Virus record (IMG/VR): IMGVR_UViG_3300025015_000009
Location: 192,001-256,000 of that record
Source: a virus
Taxonomy: Duplodnaviria > Heunggongvirae > Uroviricota > Caudoviricetes
Length of the DNA: 64,000 bases
Reading direction: 5' to 3' (one strand)
Below the pieces are notes generated by a model. The model was not told where the DNA came from. It made no database searches and saw nothing but the letters and a program-made list of their open reading frames with translations. A program made the position numbers and the translations under genes. Below are positions 42,233-51,543 of the stretch, piece by piece; positions within the stretch are counted from its first letter, which is position 1; each line of letters starts with the position of its first letter.

Positions 42233-42343
42233 ATGAAACTAATTGCACATCGTGGTAATACAAACGGACGATCTGAGTATGAAAACTCGGCAACATTAAT
42301 ACTTAATGCACACGACCTGATCGCATACTTAGCAAACTTGTAA
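42233..42343 (+). pseudogene. N-terminal remnant of a GDPD-like phosphodiesterase gene
   Basis: MKLIAHRGNTNGRSEYEN..., the IAHRG...EN start of GDPD-like proteins, stops after 36 codons. Confidence 0.6.
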
Positions 42344-42379
42344 ATATTTAACGGTGGCACTTAGAGCAGTAAATAGTGT

Positions 42380-45268
42380 ATGTTTGATATCTTCTACACT
42401 AACACAAAACCGAACTTATTCCCACACGAACAATATACGTTAACTGCGGATACTGCTAAAGAGCAGGCTAGAACTAAGTTCTTCTGGCTAGTAGACGGCC
42501 GATATGATATGCAGAGTTTTGATTTCACCTGGCAGCCAGTGCCCTGGGAGAATCATCAGACTCACATATTTAGATGTAATTCTCAATTTGAAGAGTTCGA
42601 AGTACTGTTGATTCCGACTCACGAAGAGACTATAGTTAACCATTACTACGATACTACTTATTTGCCCCGTAAAGCAGACCCAGCTAATTGGAAAATATTA
42701 AAAACAGACGTAGCCTGGGATATTGACCCCACCTGGGTTCCAAATCCATATGAGCCCCCATATATCTATGTGTTTGGCAACCAGTGGTACTCATCCACTG
42801 AAATGCCAACAGCTGAATATCATGTGCCAAATGCAACTGACTACAAATATGTAGATGATCTGGTTTGCACTGTAAAAGCAGACCCAAGCAACTGGAAAAT
42901 ACTAAAAACAGACGTAGCATGGGATATCGACCCCACCTGGGCTCCAAATCCATATGAGCCCCCATATATCTACGTGTTTGGCAACCAGTGGTACTCATCC
43001 ACTGAAATGCCAACAGCTGAATATCATGTTGCTGGTGCAACTGACTACAAATATGTAGATGATCTGGTTTGCACTGTAAAAGCTAACCCAGCTAATTGGA
43101 GAATATTAAAAACAGACGTAGCATGGGATATCGACCCCACCTGGGCTCCAAATCCATATGAGCCCCCATATATCTACGTGTTTGGCAACCAGTGGTACTC
43201 ATCCACTGAAATGCCAACAGCTGAATATCATGTTGCTGGTGCAACTGACTACAAATATGTAGATGATCTGGTATTAACAATTAGTAATAATAAAGAACGA
43301 TGGTACGTTCCAGAAGAAGTCGATGCGTCAATGATAGATTTTGATTGGGCACCAAACCCAGATGAGCCTCCTTACGTTTATCACTTTAGCTCTGAATTCC
43401 AAATGTCAACTGGCTTAACGTATACTGTTCCGGGAGCCACTGACATAAAGTTTGAGACTGTTGTTCCGTTGCTAGTAAATGCCCGCAAGAAAACAGTAAT
43501 AAGATTGAACCAGAAAACTGAACATAAGAGTGGTTCAATAGTCAGAGTAGTTAGCATGTTTTTCATTGATATGAATAATCGCTCATCATCTCAACGGTTT
43601 GCTAATCTAAAAGTTCGATATCCTAATATACAAAAAGTGCGATACATCAACAGTTGGTTAGACACAATTAAACGATGTCTAACCAGGTCAGAGACTTTGA
43701 GATTCTGGGTTATCAGTTCTGAGAATATATACAATAACTTTAATTTCGAGTGGCACGCCCAACCCTGGCAAAGTCACATGACTCATGTATTCGGGTCACA
43801 GTGGCAAAAGTGGAGCGACACGTATTTGATTAACAAGAACGAGTTTCAACGTCATATTACTTGGGCAAAGACATTAGAAGAGTTCCCTAATCTAAACTTT
43901 GTGTCAGACCAACCAGTTTACCGTCCGGACGATCTGTACGATATCTACTTCGTTAACCATGCAAACCCAGGAACCGAGGCGAACTTTGCTCGTATTAAGA
44001 AACGGTACCCGTTAGTAAAGACTGCGCGGTATGTGGATAACTACCTTGACACGTTTAAGCGAATAGTAACGTCTGCTGAGACAGAATATATTTGGGTAAC
44101 AAATTCCATCTCAGATTATAATCGATTTGACTTCACTTGGCAACCCGACCAATGGCAAGCAAAGATGCTACATGTATTTCCATCAGGACAGCAAAAGTTC
44201 GGAGACACGTTCTATATCCATGTTCCTACGTTTAAGCAGCAGATGGATAATATCACACAACTAGAACAATACGATACAATTAATTACTGTGACGACCAAG
44301 CCGTGCTTAGGTTACCAGTTGATGTTGTTGAGTATGACACTGACACGGTTGTAAATCCAATTAAATCGCACAAGTTCACTGGCCCGTATGCAATATTTAA
44401 ACCCAAAGGAGTAACAGCAAATATAGACTATGCTCCGTCACTGTGGAGCAGTAAAGACCGAGTTGTGCATACGTTTACGCGAAGTGGTAGTGTCGTGATA
44501 GCACCGCGAGAAATCAGAGGCGCATTAGATACGCAAGTGTACGATTATCCTCATATTTTGCCACATAATGACCTGTTTTTACAAGATAAACCGTTGGATA
44601 TTGTCTATATTTCCAATGGGGAACCCGACGCTGACCGCTGGTATAATCACTTACTAAGAATAGCTCCAGGTAGAACGATACATCATGTGCAAAATGTGAC
44701 TGGTCGAGCAGCAGCATACAAAACAGCAGCGACCGTAAGCACAACGCCGTGGTTCTTTACTGTGTTTGCAAAACTAGAAGTATTACCTGAGTTTGATTTT
44801 AATTGGCAACCTGATAGGTTACAGCAGCAGAAGCACTATATTTTCTACGCAACAAATCCAGTCAACGGTTTACAATACGGTCACCAGGCTGTAATTTGTT
44901 ATAATAAAGAGTTAGTATTGCAAACAACAGATAGCGGGCTCGACTTTACGTTAAGCAAGGAGCACGAAGTTGTTCCGACACTCAGTGCAATAGCACACTT
45001 CAACGTGACAAAGGAAATCACTTGGCGTACCGCATTTAGAGAGTGCATAAAGCTAAAGGACTCGATAGAGAAAAATCCAACTGATTACAACTCTACGTAT
45101 CGATTAGAAACGTGGTTGACTGTTGCAGACGGGCAGCACGCCGCCTGGTCGATCAATGGAGCAAAAGATGCAGTTGATTACTATAATTCTGTAGCAGGTG
45201 ACATAGACAAACTGATGTTGAGCTACGAGTGGAAGTGGTTAGATGAGTATTTTGCATCTAAGTACTAG
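42380..45268 (+). CDS. large multi-domain glycosyltransferase-like protein with internal repeats
   Basis: Repeated F.W.P..W...HVF modules; C-terminal YISNGEP..NPVNGLQYGHQ..TWRTAFRECIKL domain paralogous to 35346..36272. Confidence 0.65.
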   Translation: MFDIFYTNTKPNLFPHEQYTLTADTAKEQARTKFFWLVDGRYDMQSFDFTWQPVPWENHQTHIFRCNSQFEEFEVLLIPTHEETIVNHYYDTTYLPRKADPANWKILKTDVAWDIDPTWVPNPYEPPYIYVFGNQWYSSTEMPTAEYHVPNATDYKYVDDLVCTVKADPSNWKILKTDVAWDIDPTWAPNPYEPPYIYVFGNQWYSSTEMPTAEYHVAGATDYKYVDDLVCTVKANPANWRILKTDVAWDIDPTWAPNPYEPPYIYVFGNQWYSSTEMPTAEYHVAGATDYKYVDDLVLTISNNKERWYVPEEVDASMIDFDWAPNPDEPPYVYHFSSEFQMSTGLTYTVPGATDIKFETVVPLLVNARKKTVIRLNQKTEHKSGSIVRVVSMFFIDMNNRSSSQRFANLKVRYPNIQKVRYINSWLDTIKRCLTRSETLRFWVISSENIYNNFNFEWHAQPWQSHMTHVFGSQWQKWSDTYLINKNEFQRHITWAKTLEEFPNLNFVSDQPVYRPDDLYDIYFVNHANPGTEANFARIKKRYPLVKTARYVDNYLDTFKRIVTSAETEYIWVTNSISDYNRFDFTWQPDQWQAKMLHVFPSGQQKFGDTFYIHVPTFKQQMDNITQLEQYDTINYCDDQAVLRLPVDVVEYDTDTVVNPIKSHKFTGPYAIFKPKGVTANIDYAPSLWSSKDRVVHTFTRSGSVVIAPREIRGALDTQVYDYPHILPHNDLFLQDKPLDIVYISNGEPDADRWYNHLLRIAPGRTIHHVQNVTGRAAAYKTAATVSTTPWFFTVFAKLEVLPEFDFNWQPDRLQQQKHYIFYATNPVNGLQYGHQAVICYNKELVLQTTDSGLDFTLSKEHEVVPTLSAIAHFNVTKEITWRTAFRECIKLKDSIEKNPTDYNSTYRLETWLTVADGQHAAWSINGAKDAVDYYNSVAGDIDKLMLSYEWKWLDEYFASKY
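42671..43273 (+). repeat. three near-identical 204-bp (68-aa) in-frame tandem repeats
   Basis: Unit starts at 42671, 42875 and 43079 (NW.ILKTDVAWDIDPTW.PNPYEPPYIYVFGNQWYSSTEMPTAEYHV..ATDYKYVDDLV). Confidence 0.95.
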
Positions 45269-45269
45269 T

Positions 45270-46346
45270 TCAGTACCGACTAACTATCTTAGCAATTGTT
45301 GCAGCAACACGTTCGACCTCAACGTCAGTTAACTCGGGGTATATTGGGAGACTTAACACAGAGGTGCGACTCTCGGGAACAGTGACCGCCCCTAAGGTGT
45401 ACCTGTAGTGTATCTTCGTTTCTATGTTATAGTCACTCAACTTTTTCTGTAACTCGTAGTTAGTCGCCGGCGTGCAGCGGATAACGTACTTATGCCAAGC
45501 ATGAATTACGTCTGGTGAATGAGTAGGAAGTCTAATTTTAGTGCCATCGAGTCTGTCGGTATAGTAAGCAGCAATATCCGTTCTTCTTTTTTGCCAACTG
45601 TCGAAGTATTGTAACTTTACTAGTAGTTGTGCAGCCGATGATTCGCTCATCTGGCTGTTGGTCCCCACTGATTCTATCGAGTCCTCACTTACCTTTGCTC
45701 GACGACGGATAACAGTCGCAAGCTCATCATCGTCGGTTAGTACCATACCCCCACTACTATACGATGGTAGGTTCTTTGTTGGGTCAAAACTTAAACAACT
45801 TATTAGTCCTAGTTTTCCACTGGGGATTCCTTTATACGATCCACCGAAACTTTGAGCAGCATCTTCTATAATACTGACGTTCTTATTGGAGAATAACGTA
45901 ATCACAGTTTGCAGTTTATCGTAGTCTATCATATTGCCGTATAAGTTTACATACATTAATGTGATGTTGTTTGATTGGATACCTGGCAAATCTAACCCGG
46001 CTATGTCAAGTATACCGTTAGAGTCTACGTCTATAAACACCGGCGTTTTGTTTTCTAGTAGAACAACGTTTCGTGTAGCTACAAAACTGAAAGTTGGGAG
46101 TATCACAACTGAGTTATTGAGACTCCATAAAGAGAATTGCAGTGCTTGAGTGCAACTATTGACGGCTATTGCATGTTTTCGGTTAGTACGAACAGCAATG
46201 TCTTTTTCTAATGCAGTAGTGAATGGGCCACTGAGAACCTGACCACTGGTGTACACTCGGTCGACTGCGGCGAGTATTTCAGGTTTTAGATTCTGGTACT
46301 GTCTCTTAAGACCAGAGAATAGGATTTTTTCTGAGCCACTCTGCAT
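45270..46346 (-). CDS. DegT/DnrJ/EryC1/StrS family PLP-dependent sugar aminotransferase
   Basis: VNSCTQAL, EDAAQSFG, SFDPTKNL (PLP lysine), LSLPIYPEL. Start uncertain. Confidence 0.9.
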   Translation of the reverse strand: MQSGSEKILFSGLKRQYQNLKPEILAAVDRVYTSGQVLSGPFTTALEKDIAVRTNRKHAIAVNSCTQALQFSLWSLNNSVVILPTFSFVATRNVVLLENKTPVFIDVDSNGILDIAGLDLPGIQSNNITLMYVNLYGNMIDYDKLQTVITLFSNKNVSIIEDAAQSFGGSYKGIPSGKLGLISCLSFDPTKNLPSYSSGGMVLTDDDELATVIRRRAKVSEDSIESVGTNSQMSESSAAQLLVKLQYFDSWQKRRTDIAAYYTDRLDGTKIRLPTHSPDVIHAWHKYVIRCTPATNYELQKKLSDYNIETKIHYRYTLGAVTVPESRTSVLSLPIYPELTDVEVERVAATIAKIVSRY

Positions 46347-47271
46347 AACGTGTAAATCCTTCGAGTATGTTTGTTGTAGGATTGTATCCAAGATCAATCT
46401 TAGCTTTACTGATACTTAATTTGTTTCTACTTGGAAAGTTGCTGTCTTTCGGACACACTGATATTTTGCCTGACCCAACAATATCGGTTATTAATGTCGC
46501 AGCATCGAGCAAGGTAGCGGTGTGGGTGTCGCAGCGAGTCATGTTATACGTTTTCCCGTTTGCGACCTTACTTGTTGCAGCTAACACAATACCGTTAGCA
46601 ATGTCATCTACGTAGGTAAAATCTAAAACCTCGTCTGCACCTTTAACAACTAACGTTGCACCTACTAATGCTTGCTGGATGAATTTTGCAATAACTCTAT
46701 CATTTACATCGAGTTCCCCGTATACCGCGCTTGGGCGAATAATAGTGTGCTCGATGTTGTACTGCCTAGAGTAGTCTCGCACCAGCTGCTCACCAGTGTA
46801 CTTCATTATTGCATACGACCCAATGGGTGAACAGGGGTACTCTTCTGGTACAATGCAGCTAAAGTTGCCATACACCATACTGGAACTGATATACACGAAC
46901 TTCTCAACAGATGCTGCCACTGATGCTTCTAGCAAGTTGAGAAGCGCAGTTACCATAACTTCGGACCCGGGTTCCGGGTCCGAAAGAACAACCTTCTGCC
47001 TGGGAAAACTAGCAAGATGTATCACAGTATCCGGTTTAAAACTATTGATCGTGTTCTGCAACCGTCGTTTGTTTCTTATGTCAAACGTCTGAATAGGCGA
47101 CGACACTTTTTTCTTGCGCTGAGACACAAGAAATCTAATCTCTTTGTCTGGGATTATACCGTAGTTAGTACAGCTATCAACAATAAGGCACGTATGCCCG
47201 AGGCGCTCTAACTGTTGAACAACGTTGTGTCCAATAAACCCGAGCCCGCCTGTGATTAGGTATTTTGCCAT
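46306..47271 (-). CDS. NAD-dependent nucleotide-sugar epimerase/dehydratase
   Basis: GGLGFIG Rossmann motif, SSSMVYG, YAIMK (YxxxK), RPSAVYG, DFTYVDD. Confidence 0.92.
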   Translation of the reverse strand: MAKYLITGGLGFIGHNVVQQLERLGHTCLIVDSCTNYGIIPDKEIRFLVSQRKKKVSSPIQTFDIRNKRRLQNTINSFKPDTVIHLASFPRQKVVLSDPEPGSEVMVTALLNLLEASVAASVEKFVYISSSMVYGNFSCIVPEEYPCSPIGSYAIMKYTGEQLVRDYSRQYNIEHTIIRPSAVYGELDVNDRVIAKFIQQALVGATLVVKGADEVLDFTYVDDIANGIVLAATSKVANGKTYNMTRCDTHTATLLDAATLITDIVGSGKISVCPKDSNFPSRNKLSISKAKIDLGYNPTTNILEGFTRYAEWLRKNPILWS

Positions 47272-47933
47272 TCGATCGTAGGAAGAAAGACGGCTGGGTG
47301 ACTGTGTGTTGTGTCACCCACATCAGAAAACAACGGGTTCCATTTGTCTCTAAATGCTGCTAACGTAGGACACATAATCTGTCGAATCTGTGGGTGCGCC
47401 GCGGCGGACGTTCTTAGTTCCAGAATATGTCTCCACTCTCGGGGATTAGCAGTAACAACGATTTCAGTCTTTAACGAGTTAGGTAGAACTGACCTCGCTT
47501 CTTGAGGTTTGGACCCAGCGGCCAACAGTTTCATGTATGCGGTCTCGGCTGACTCACATGATTCTTTCCAGACGTAGTATTCTGTATTACGATTACGGCC
47601 ATCGTAGAAGAACGGATCGATTACTGTTATTTCTCCTCCGAACTTGTCGTTGCTGTAGTTGCAGTACCTGGTACTCGCCTGAGAGAAAGATGCAATACGA
47701 TGTCTTACTAGTTCGTGTGTTACTCCTCTATCACAACTGAATAGAACAGAGATACTACCGTGCTCTAACACCGACGAGTGATTAACTCCTTTGAGCATCT
47801 CGATAAACTTAACGTCGCTACCTTCTTCAATTCTATCTTCGCTCTTCCAACAGATTCGACCTGCCCGTTCTATGTTCTTAGTAAGATTCGGTGTGTATGC
47901 GATTATTTGGAAACTTGGTTGCTCTATTTTCAT
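47256..47933 (-). CDS. thyX: flavin-dependent thymidylate synthase
   Basis: HSSVLEH, RHRIASFSQASTRY ThyX motif, EARSVLP, NPREWRHILELR..AHPQIR. Confidence 0.93.
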   Translation of the reverse strand: MKIEQPSFQIIAYTPNLTKNIERAGRICWKSEDRIEEGSDVKFIEMLKGVNHSSVLEHGSISVLFSCDRGVTHELVRHRIASFSQASTRYCNYSNDKFGGEITVIDPFFYDGRNRNTEYYVWKESCESAETAYMKLLAAGSKPQEARSVLPNSLKTEIVVTANPREWRHILELRTSAAAHPQIRQIMCPTLAAFRDKWNPLFSDVGDTTHSHPAVFLPTIEWQNT

Positions 47934-47955
47934 TTTATTCTTTCTTGTTAGTTAG

Positions 47956-48189
47956 TTAAACAGTAACGCAGTGTTCGTTCTCGCAGCGAGTAGTAACACC
48001 ACTTAGTGGGATCAGCCAGCTCGAATGAGCAAACCAAGTAACATCGGGTGGGACAGGGCACGGGTATAATTCAAAGTGAACTTCGTAATCCCCATCTTCA
48101 TCAATGGGAGATACTATGCAGCCAACAGCTCCCATTGGAGGCATGTACCCGTCTGTTCCTATTAACATTACTACTTGACCTATATTCAT
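47956..48189 (-). CDS. hypothetical protein
   Basis: GAGGG Shine-Dalgarno and promoter at 48212-48240. Confidence 0.65.
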   Translation of the reverse strand: MNIGQVVMLIGTDGYMPPMGAVGCIVSPIDEDGDYEVHFELYPCPVPPDVTWFAHSSWLIPLSGVTTRCENEHCVTV

Positions 48190-48211
48190 ATGATACCCTC
48201 AAATATGAATT

Positions 48212-48240
48212 ATTATAGTGTATGTTACAGAGAGAGTCAA
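48212..48240 (-). promoter_or_regulatory. sigma70-type promoter
   Basis: TTGACT-17nt-TATAAT. Confidence 0.75.
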
Positions 48241-48256
48241 CTTAATTGATATAATA

Positions 48257-48277
48257 CTGAGCGACAATGTCGCTCAG
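48257..48277 (-). terminator. hairpin/terminator after 48281 ORF
   Basis: CTGAGCGAC-AAT-GTCGCTCAG perfect 9-bp stem. Confidence 0.6.
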
Positions 48278-48280
48278 ATA

Positions 48281-48622
48281 TTACTTTTTGATTTTCTTCA
48301 GAAGGTGGTCGGTTATCGGTTGGACGGTGTTAGCAAGTAACTCGATATCAACGAAGAAGTCAACGTCGACTATATACATCGACAGCTCATCTAATTGGCG
48401 ATTTAACTTACGTTGAATGCTGTCAGGCAGTTCGCCGTTTTTTGTTAGTTCGTCAATTCGAATTTCGACGATAGTTCCGTCTTTTAAGTTTACTTTTATA
48501 CACTGTAGAACTTGAATAGGTATTTCGTTTTTATCAACATCTTTAAGAATCTGTTCCCAATTATCTCGGGAACTGATTTTTATCTTTTTTGCTCTAGGCT
48601 GTGGTCGGTTCTTGGCTGCCAT
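48281..48622 (-). CDS. hypothetical protein
   Basis: 113-aa ORF in a contiguous operon. Confidence 0.7.
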   Translation of the reverse strand: MAAKNRPQPRAKKIKISSRDNWEQILKDVDKNEIPIQVLQCIKVNLKDGTIVEIRIDELTKNGELPDSIQRKLNRQLDELSMYIVDVDFFVDIELLANTVQPITDHLLKKIKK

Positions 48623-49223
48623 TTGTTATCGTTGGGTCAAGGGTCTTTGCCTCGGCTTCTAGTCGTGTTGCTTCGGCCAGTAGTCCGGTTGCTTCTCGTT
48701 TCAGTCGTTCGGCCTGTACGATTTGTTGTTTAGCAATATCAGCATCTGTTAGTGCAGTAGTCAACGCTGGTTCTCCAGTTACACTACCAGATGTGGTTTT
48801 ACTTTCGTTTGCCCTTGTTGTTTTTGACAGGCCTAGATTAGAATCAAGTTCTGCCATCTTTTTAACAGCCGCATCGCCCTGTGCCATCTGATCCAGCATC
48901 GAGTTCAGTTCGTCTAGGCGAATGGTTGCAGTTGTAGTCGGAGTCACCAGCACCTGAGATGTTTGGATTTTCTTAATACACCCGTTGCGGTGACATGATT
49001 CCAGCACGTTTGACCCGTCGGACGACTTGACTCTAAATAGAGCGTCTGCAAACTCAACTGCTTCCTGTCCGGCTGAGCTTTCGACTGCCGACATAATTGC
49101 TTCGTGCAGTCCTGTAGTTAGAGAATCAGAGTATACAACCAAACACATATGGTCTTCCCCTGGGACTTTCCGGTAAAGAATTACAACTTTTTTCCCGTTA
49201 TGTTTTCCGATATGCTTAATCAT
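48594..49223 (-). CDS. conserved phage hypothetical protein with C-terminal coiled coil
   Basis: MIKHIGKHNGKKVVILYRKVPGEDHMCLVV start; ATGA overlap with the upstream gene. Confidence 0.75.
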   Translation of the reverse strand: MIKHIGKHNGKKVVILYRKVPGEDHMCLVVYSDSLTTGLHEAIMSAVESSAGQEAVEFADALFRVKSSDGSNVLESCHRNGCIKKIQTSQVLVTPTTTATIRLDELNSMLDQMAQGDAAVKKMAELDSNLGLSKTTRANESKTTSGSVTGEPALTTALTDADIAKQQIVQAERLKREATGLLAEATRLEAEAKTLDPTITNGSQEPTTA

Positions 49224-49456
49224 TTTGTTTCCACCGGTTGTGCAGCAGGATTCTCACTGGGCTTGCCACCTGGCAGTGTTGCTCCGTTTTCTATTAGAAA
49301 CTGTTTCAGCTTATCGTGCAATGCACCAGTTATAGACATCTCCTCGGCTTTGATTGCTCCTCGTTGGGCAGTCGCCTGGATGATGCTATACATTACAAGT
49401 AGATCGTTGAGTGTGAGGTTTGTGGGTTGCGGTGCTTCTTGTACTGGTTCAGTCAT
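49220..49456 (-). CDS. small hypothetical protein
   Basis: AGGAG Shine-Dalgarno, TAAATA at 49486, II.A..QRGAIKAEEM..G.L pattern. Confidence 0.75.
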   Translation of the reverse strand: MTEPVQEAPQPTNLTLNDLLVMYSIIQATAQRGAIKAEEMSITGALHDKLKQFLIENGATLPGGKPSENPAAQPVETK

Positions 49457-49528
49457 TGTTGTCTCCTAATAAGTCAATGTACTATTATTTAACGCTAGAA
49501 CAGCCTGACAGAAAATTTTGTGCGTAGG

Positions 49529-49777
49529 CTAGCGATTTATCTGGTCGACCATCAACGCAAACATCATAGCCTCAGAGTGATCTTCAAACCCAACACAAAC
49601 CAGTGCTTTTTTCATTGGTTCGATACAAAATCTTCCCTGAAACTGTTCGTATATCCAACGGCGAAGTGTGGTTTTGTCGATGAGAAGAGTGAATGTTATT
49701 AACTTGAAATGAAGGGGTACGTAGGGTACTTCTCTTAAATCAAATACGTTTAATGGGTTTACTTCCCCATTACGCAT
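49529..49777 (-). CDS. hypothetical protein
   Basis: NPLNVFDLRE...GFEDHSEAMMFAL pattern. Confidence 0.65.
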   Translation of the reverse strand: MRNGEVNPLNVFDLREVPYVPLHFKLITFTLLIDKTTLRRWIYEQFQGRFCIEPMKKALVCVGFEDHSEAMMFALMVDQINR

Positions 49778-50036
49778 CTGGTTCTTTCTTGTGCTGTGCT
49801 TTAGTGAATTGCAATAGCTTGTAGAATGCGTGATTGATTATCTGTTGCTGTTGCCGGTCAGAGTTCTCTCCGTTCCCGCAGCGGTGAGCATACGACCATC
49901 GGCACACGTTGCGAAGTAATTCAGACACTATCTCTGGATTGCAAGCGACATCGATGTGCAGTTGGAGAAGGTGCAGCAACGATTCATACTGCTCTACCTT
50001 CTCCCGCAACGTAGGTGTTTTATACCTTTGTTTCAT
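49770..50036 (-). CDS. hypothetical protein
   Basis: Likely start MKQRYK at 50036; WSYAHRCGNGE motif. Confidence 0.6.
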   Translation of the reverse strand: MKQRYKTPTLREKVEQYESLLHLLQLHIDVACNPEIVSELLRNVCRWSYAHRCGNGENSDRQQQQIINHAFYKLLQFTKAQHKKEPDA

Positions 50037-51420
50037 TGTAATGAGCCCATACACCGAACGGAGGCTGTGCCTGATTGTTTCCGTTAATAATCCACACTGT
50101 GTCACAGTAATCTTCTTCGCCCCAGGATCCATATGGGAATCCGTCGGTGAACACAACTAACTTTTTCGGGGAAACATCGTGCTCTCGCATGTAAACCCAA
50201 TTTGCCATGAAGTCTGTGCCGCCACCTCCTTGAATGTCGTAAGCAAGAAGGTCGTCGCTGTTGTCTTGGGTGAAGACTTGTGGGTTATATACTGCGGTGT
50301 CAAAAGTCCAAACAGTGATCTTATAGTCGTCGTACGAATCCATAATACCTTTTACCTCACTCAAGAATTCTTGAAGCATTCGAGTGGAGATACTGCCTGA
50401 GGTGTCAATTGCCACGGCGATGTCGATTGTCTCACCTGGTTTCATTCCAGGCAAAATTGCATCACAGTGCCACGCGCGGCGCGATGGACGGAGCCAAGTA
50501 AAGTCCGATTTGATCACACTTTCAATCTGTTGCTGAAGCAGCTCGCGCCAGTTCATCTTTGGCTCAAGCAACTCTTTCAACATGCGTTTTACACCGAGTG
50601 GCGTATTGCCGGCACCACATGCTTGCGCAGCGGAAATCATTGCTTCTTTAACTTCGTCACGAATTTGTTTCTTCTCTTCTTCTGTAAGCGTAGGGCGTTT
50701 ACCTTTACCATTTTTCCCCTTGTCGCCGCCTTCGTCACCGTCCTTCCCTTCGTCACCCTCATCACCGTCCAGGTGCTCATCCAGCAGTTTTTTCAGCAGC
50801 TCGTCGAGCGAGAGTTTCGATGACTTATTACTCTTTGAGTTCTTTTTCTTAGGGCCTTCCTTCCCGCCTGACCCTGGGGTACCGCCGTCCTGGTCACTGC
50901 CGTTGCTGTCAGCATCGCCGTCATCATCTCCATCGTCGGTGTCAACTGAGTCGAGCAACAGATCATACACTTCTTCTGACGACAGTCCTTTATAGTCTGG
51001 GTTAAACAGCATTGGGACCGACGTGATCTTGTCACCAATTTTTTGGTCGATCAAGTCTGCATTAACAACATAGTCGCAGGCGACGTTATAAAGGTCTTTC
51101 ATCCTGTGCCCGCATCGATCGACGTGAGAATAGCAATTATGCAAAATCTCATGACCCAGAAGAAACTCGATCTCTTTTATAGATAGGCGTTCGATGAATC
51201 TGGAATTGAAATACAGTTTCCGTCCGTCTGTTGCCGCAGTGCCGCACCAGTCGTCTGCGTTTTCCAGCGTTAGTCGTGTTGCCATGTTACCAAAGAATGG
51301 AGCGCGAAGTAATAGCCCGATTCTAGCAGTAATGAGCTTCTCAATTGAAGCAGCATTAACCTTTGGGTCTGTTTCGCATGGTCCAAAACTCTGGTCTTTA
51401 GTTGCAGCGGAAGTTGCCAT
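50020..51420 (-). CDS. metallopeptidase-like plus VWA domain protein (MoxR partner)
   Basis: TAATDG, HEILH (HExxH), acidic linker, MIDAS DTSGS, GGGGTDF, FTDG. Confidence 0.88.
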   Translation of the reverse strand: MATSAATKDQSFGPCETDPKVNAASIEKLITARIGLLLRAPFFGNMATRLTLENADDWCGTAATDGRKLYFNSRFIERLSIKEIEFLLGHEILHNCYSHVDRCGHRMKDLYNVACDYVVNADLIDQKIGDKITSVPMLFNPDYKGLSSEEVYDLLLDSVDTDDGDDDGDADSNGSDQDGGTPGSGGKEGPKKKNSKSNKSSKLSLDELLKKLLDEHLDGDEGDEGKDGDEGGDKGKNGKGKRPTLTEEEKKQIRDEVKEAMISAAQACGAGNTPLGVKRMLKELLEPKMNWRELLQQQIESVIKSDFTWLRPSRRAWHCDAILPGMKPGETIDIAVAIDTSGSISTRMLQEFLSEVKGIMDSYDDYKITVWTFDTAVYNPQVFTQDNSDDLLAYDIQGGGGTDFMANWVYMREHDVSPKKLVVFTDGFPYGSWGEEDYCDTVWIINGNNQAQPPFGVWAHYNETKV

Positions 51421-51456
51421 GTAATTATTCCTCTTACTATTTAATTTAATATAGCT

Positions 51457-51485
51457 ATTATAGACGAACTTGCTCTGATTGTCAA
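51457..51485 (-). promoter_or_regulatory. sigma70-type promoter
   Basis: TTGACA-17nt-TATAAT, perfect consensus. Confidence 0.85.
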
Positions 51486-51502
51486 CCAAAATTTAGCCAG
51501 TT

Positions 51503-51526
51503 AAAAAGCCCACATTACGTGGGCTT
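51503..51526 (-). terminator. intrinsic terminator after the AAA ATPase
   Basis: Minus strand AAGCCCAC-GTAAT-GTGGGCTT followed by TTT. Confidence 0.75.
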
Positions 51527-51543
51527 CTTACATTACTGCCAGA

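Noticed and set aside
47665-47710. ThyX motif with QAS instead of the frequent QES
   Set aside because: This position is variable within RHRx7S; the key Arg, His and Ser residues are retained.
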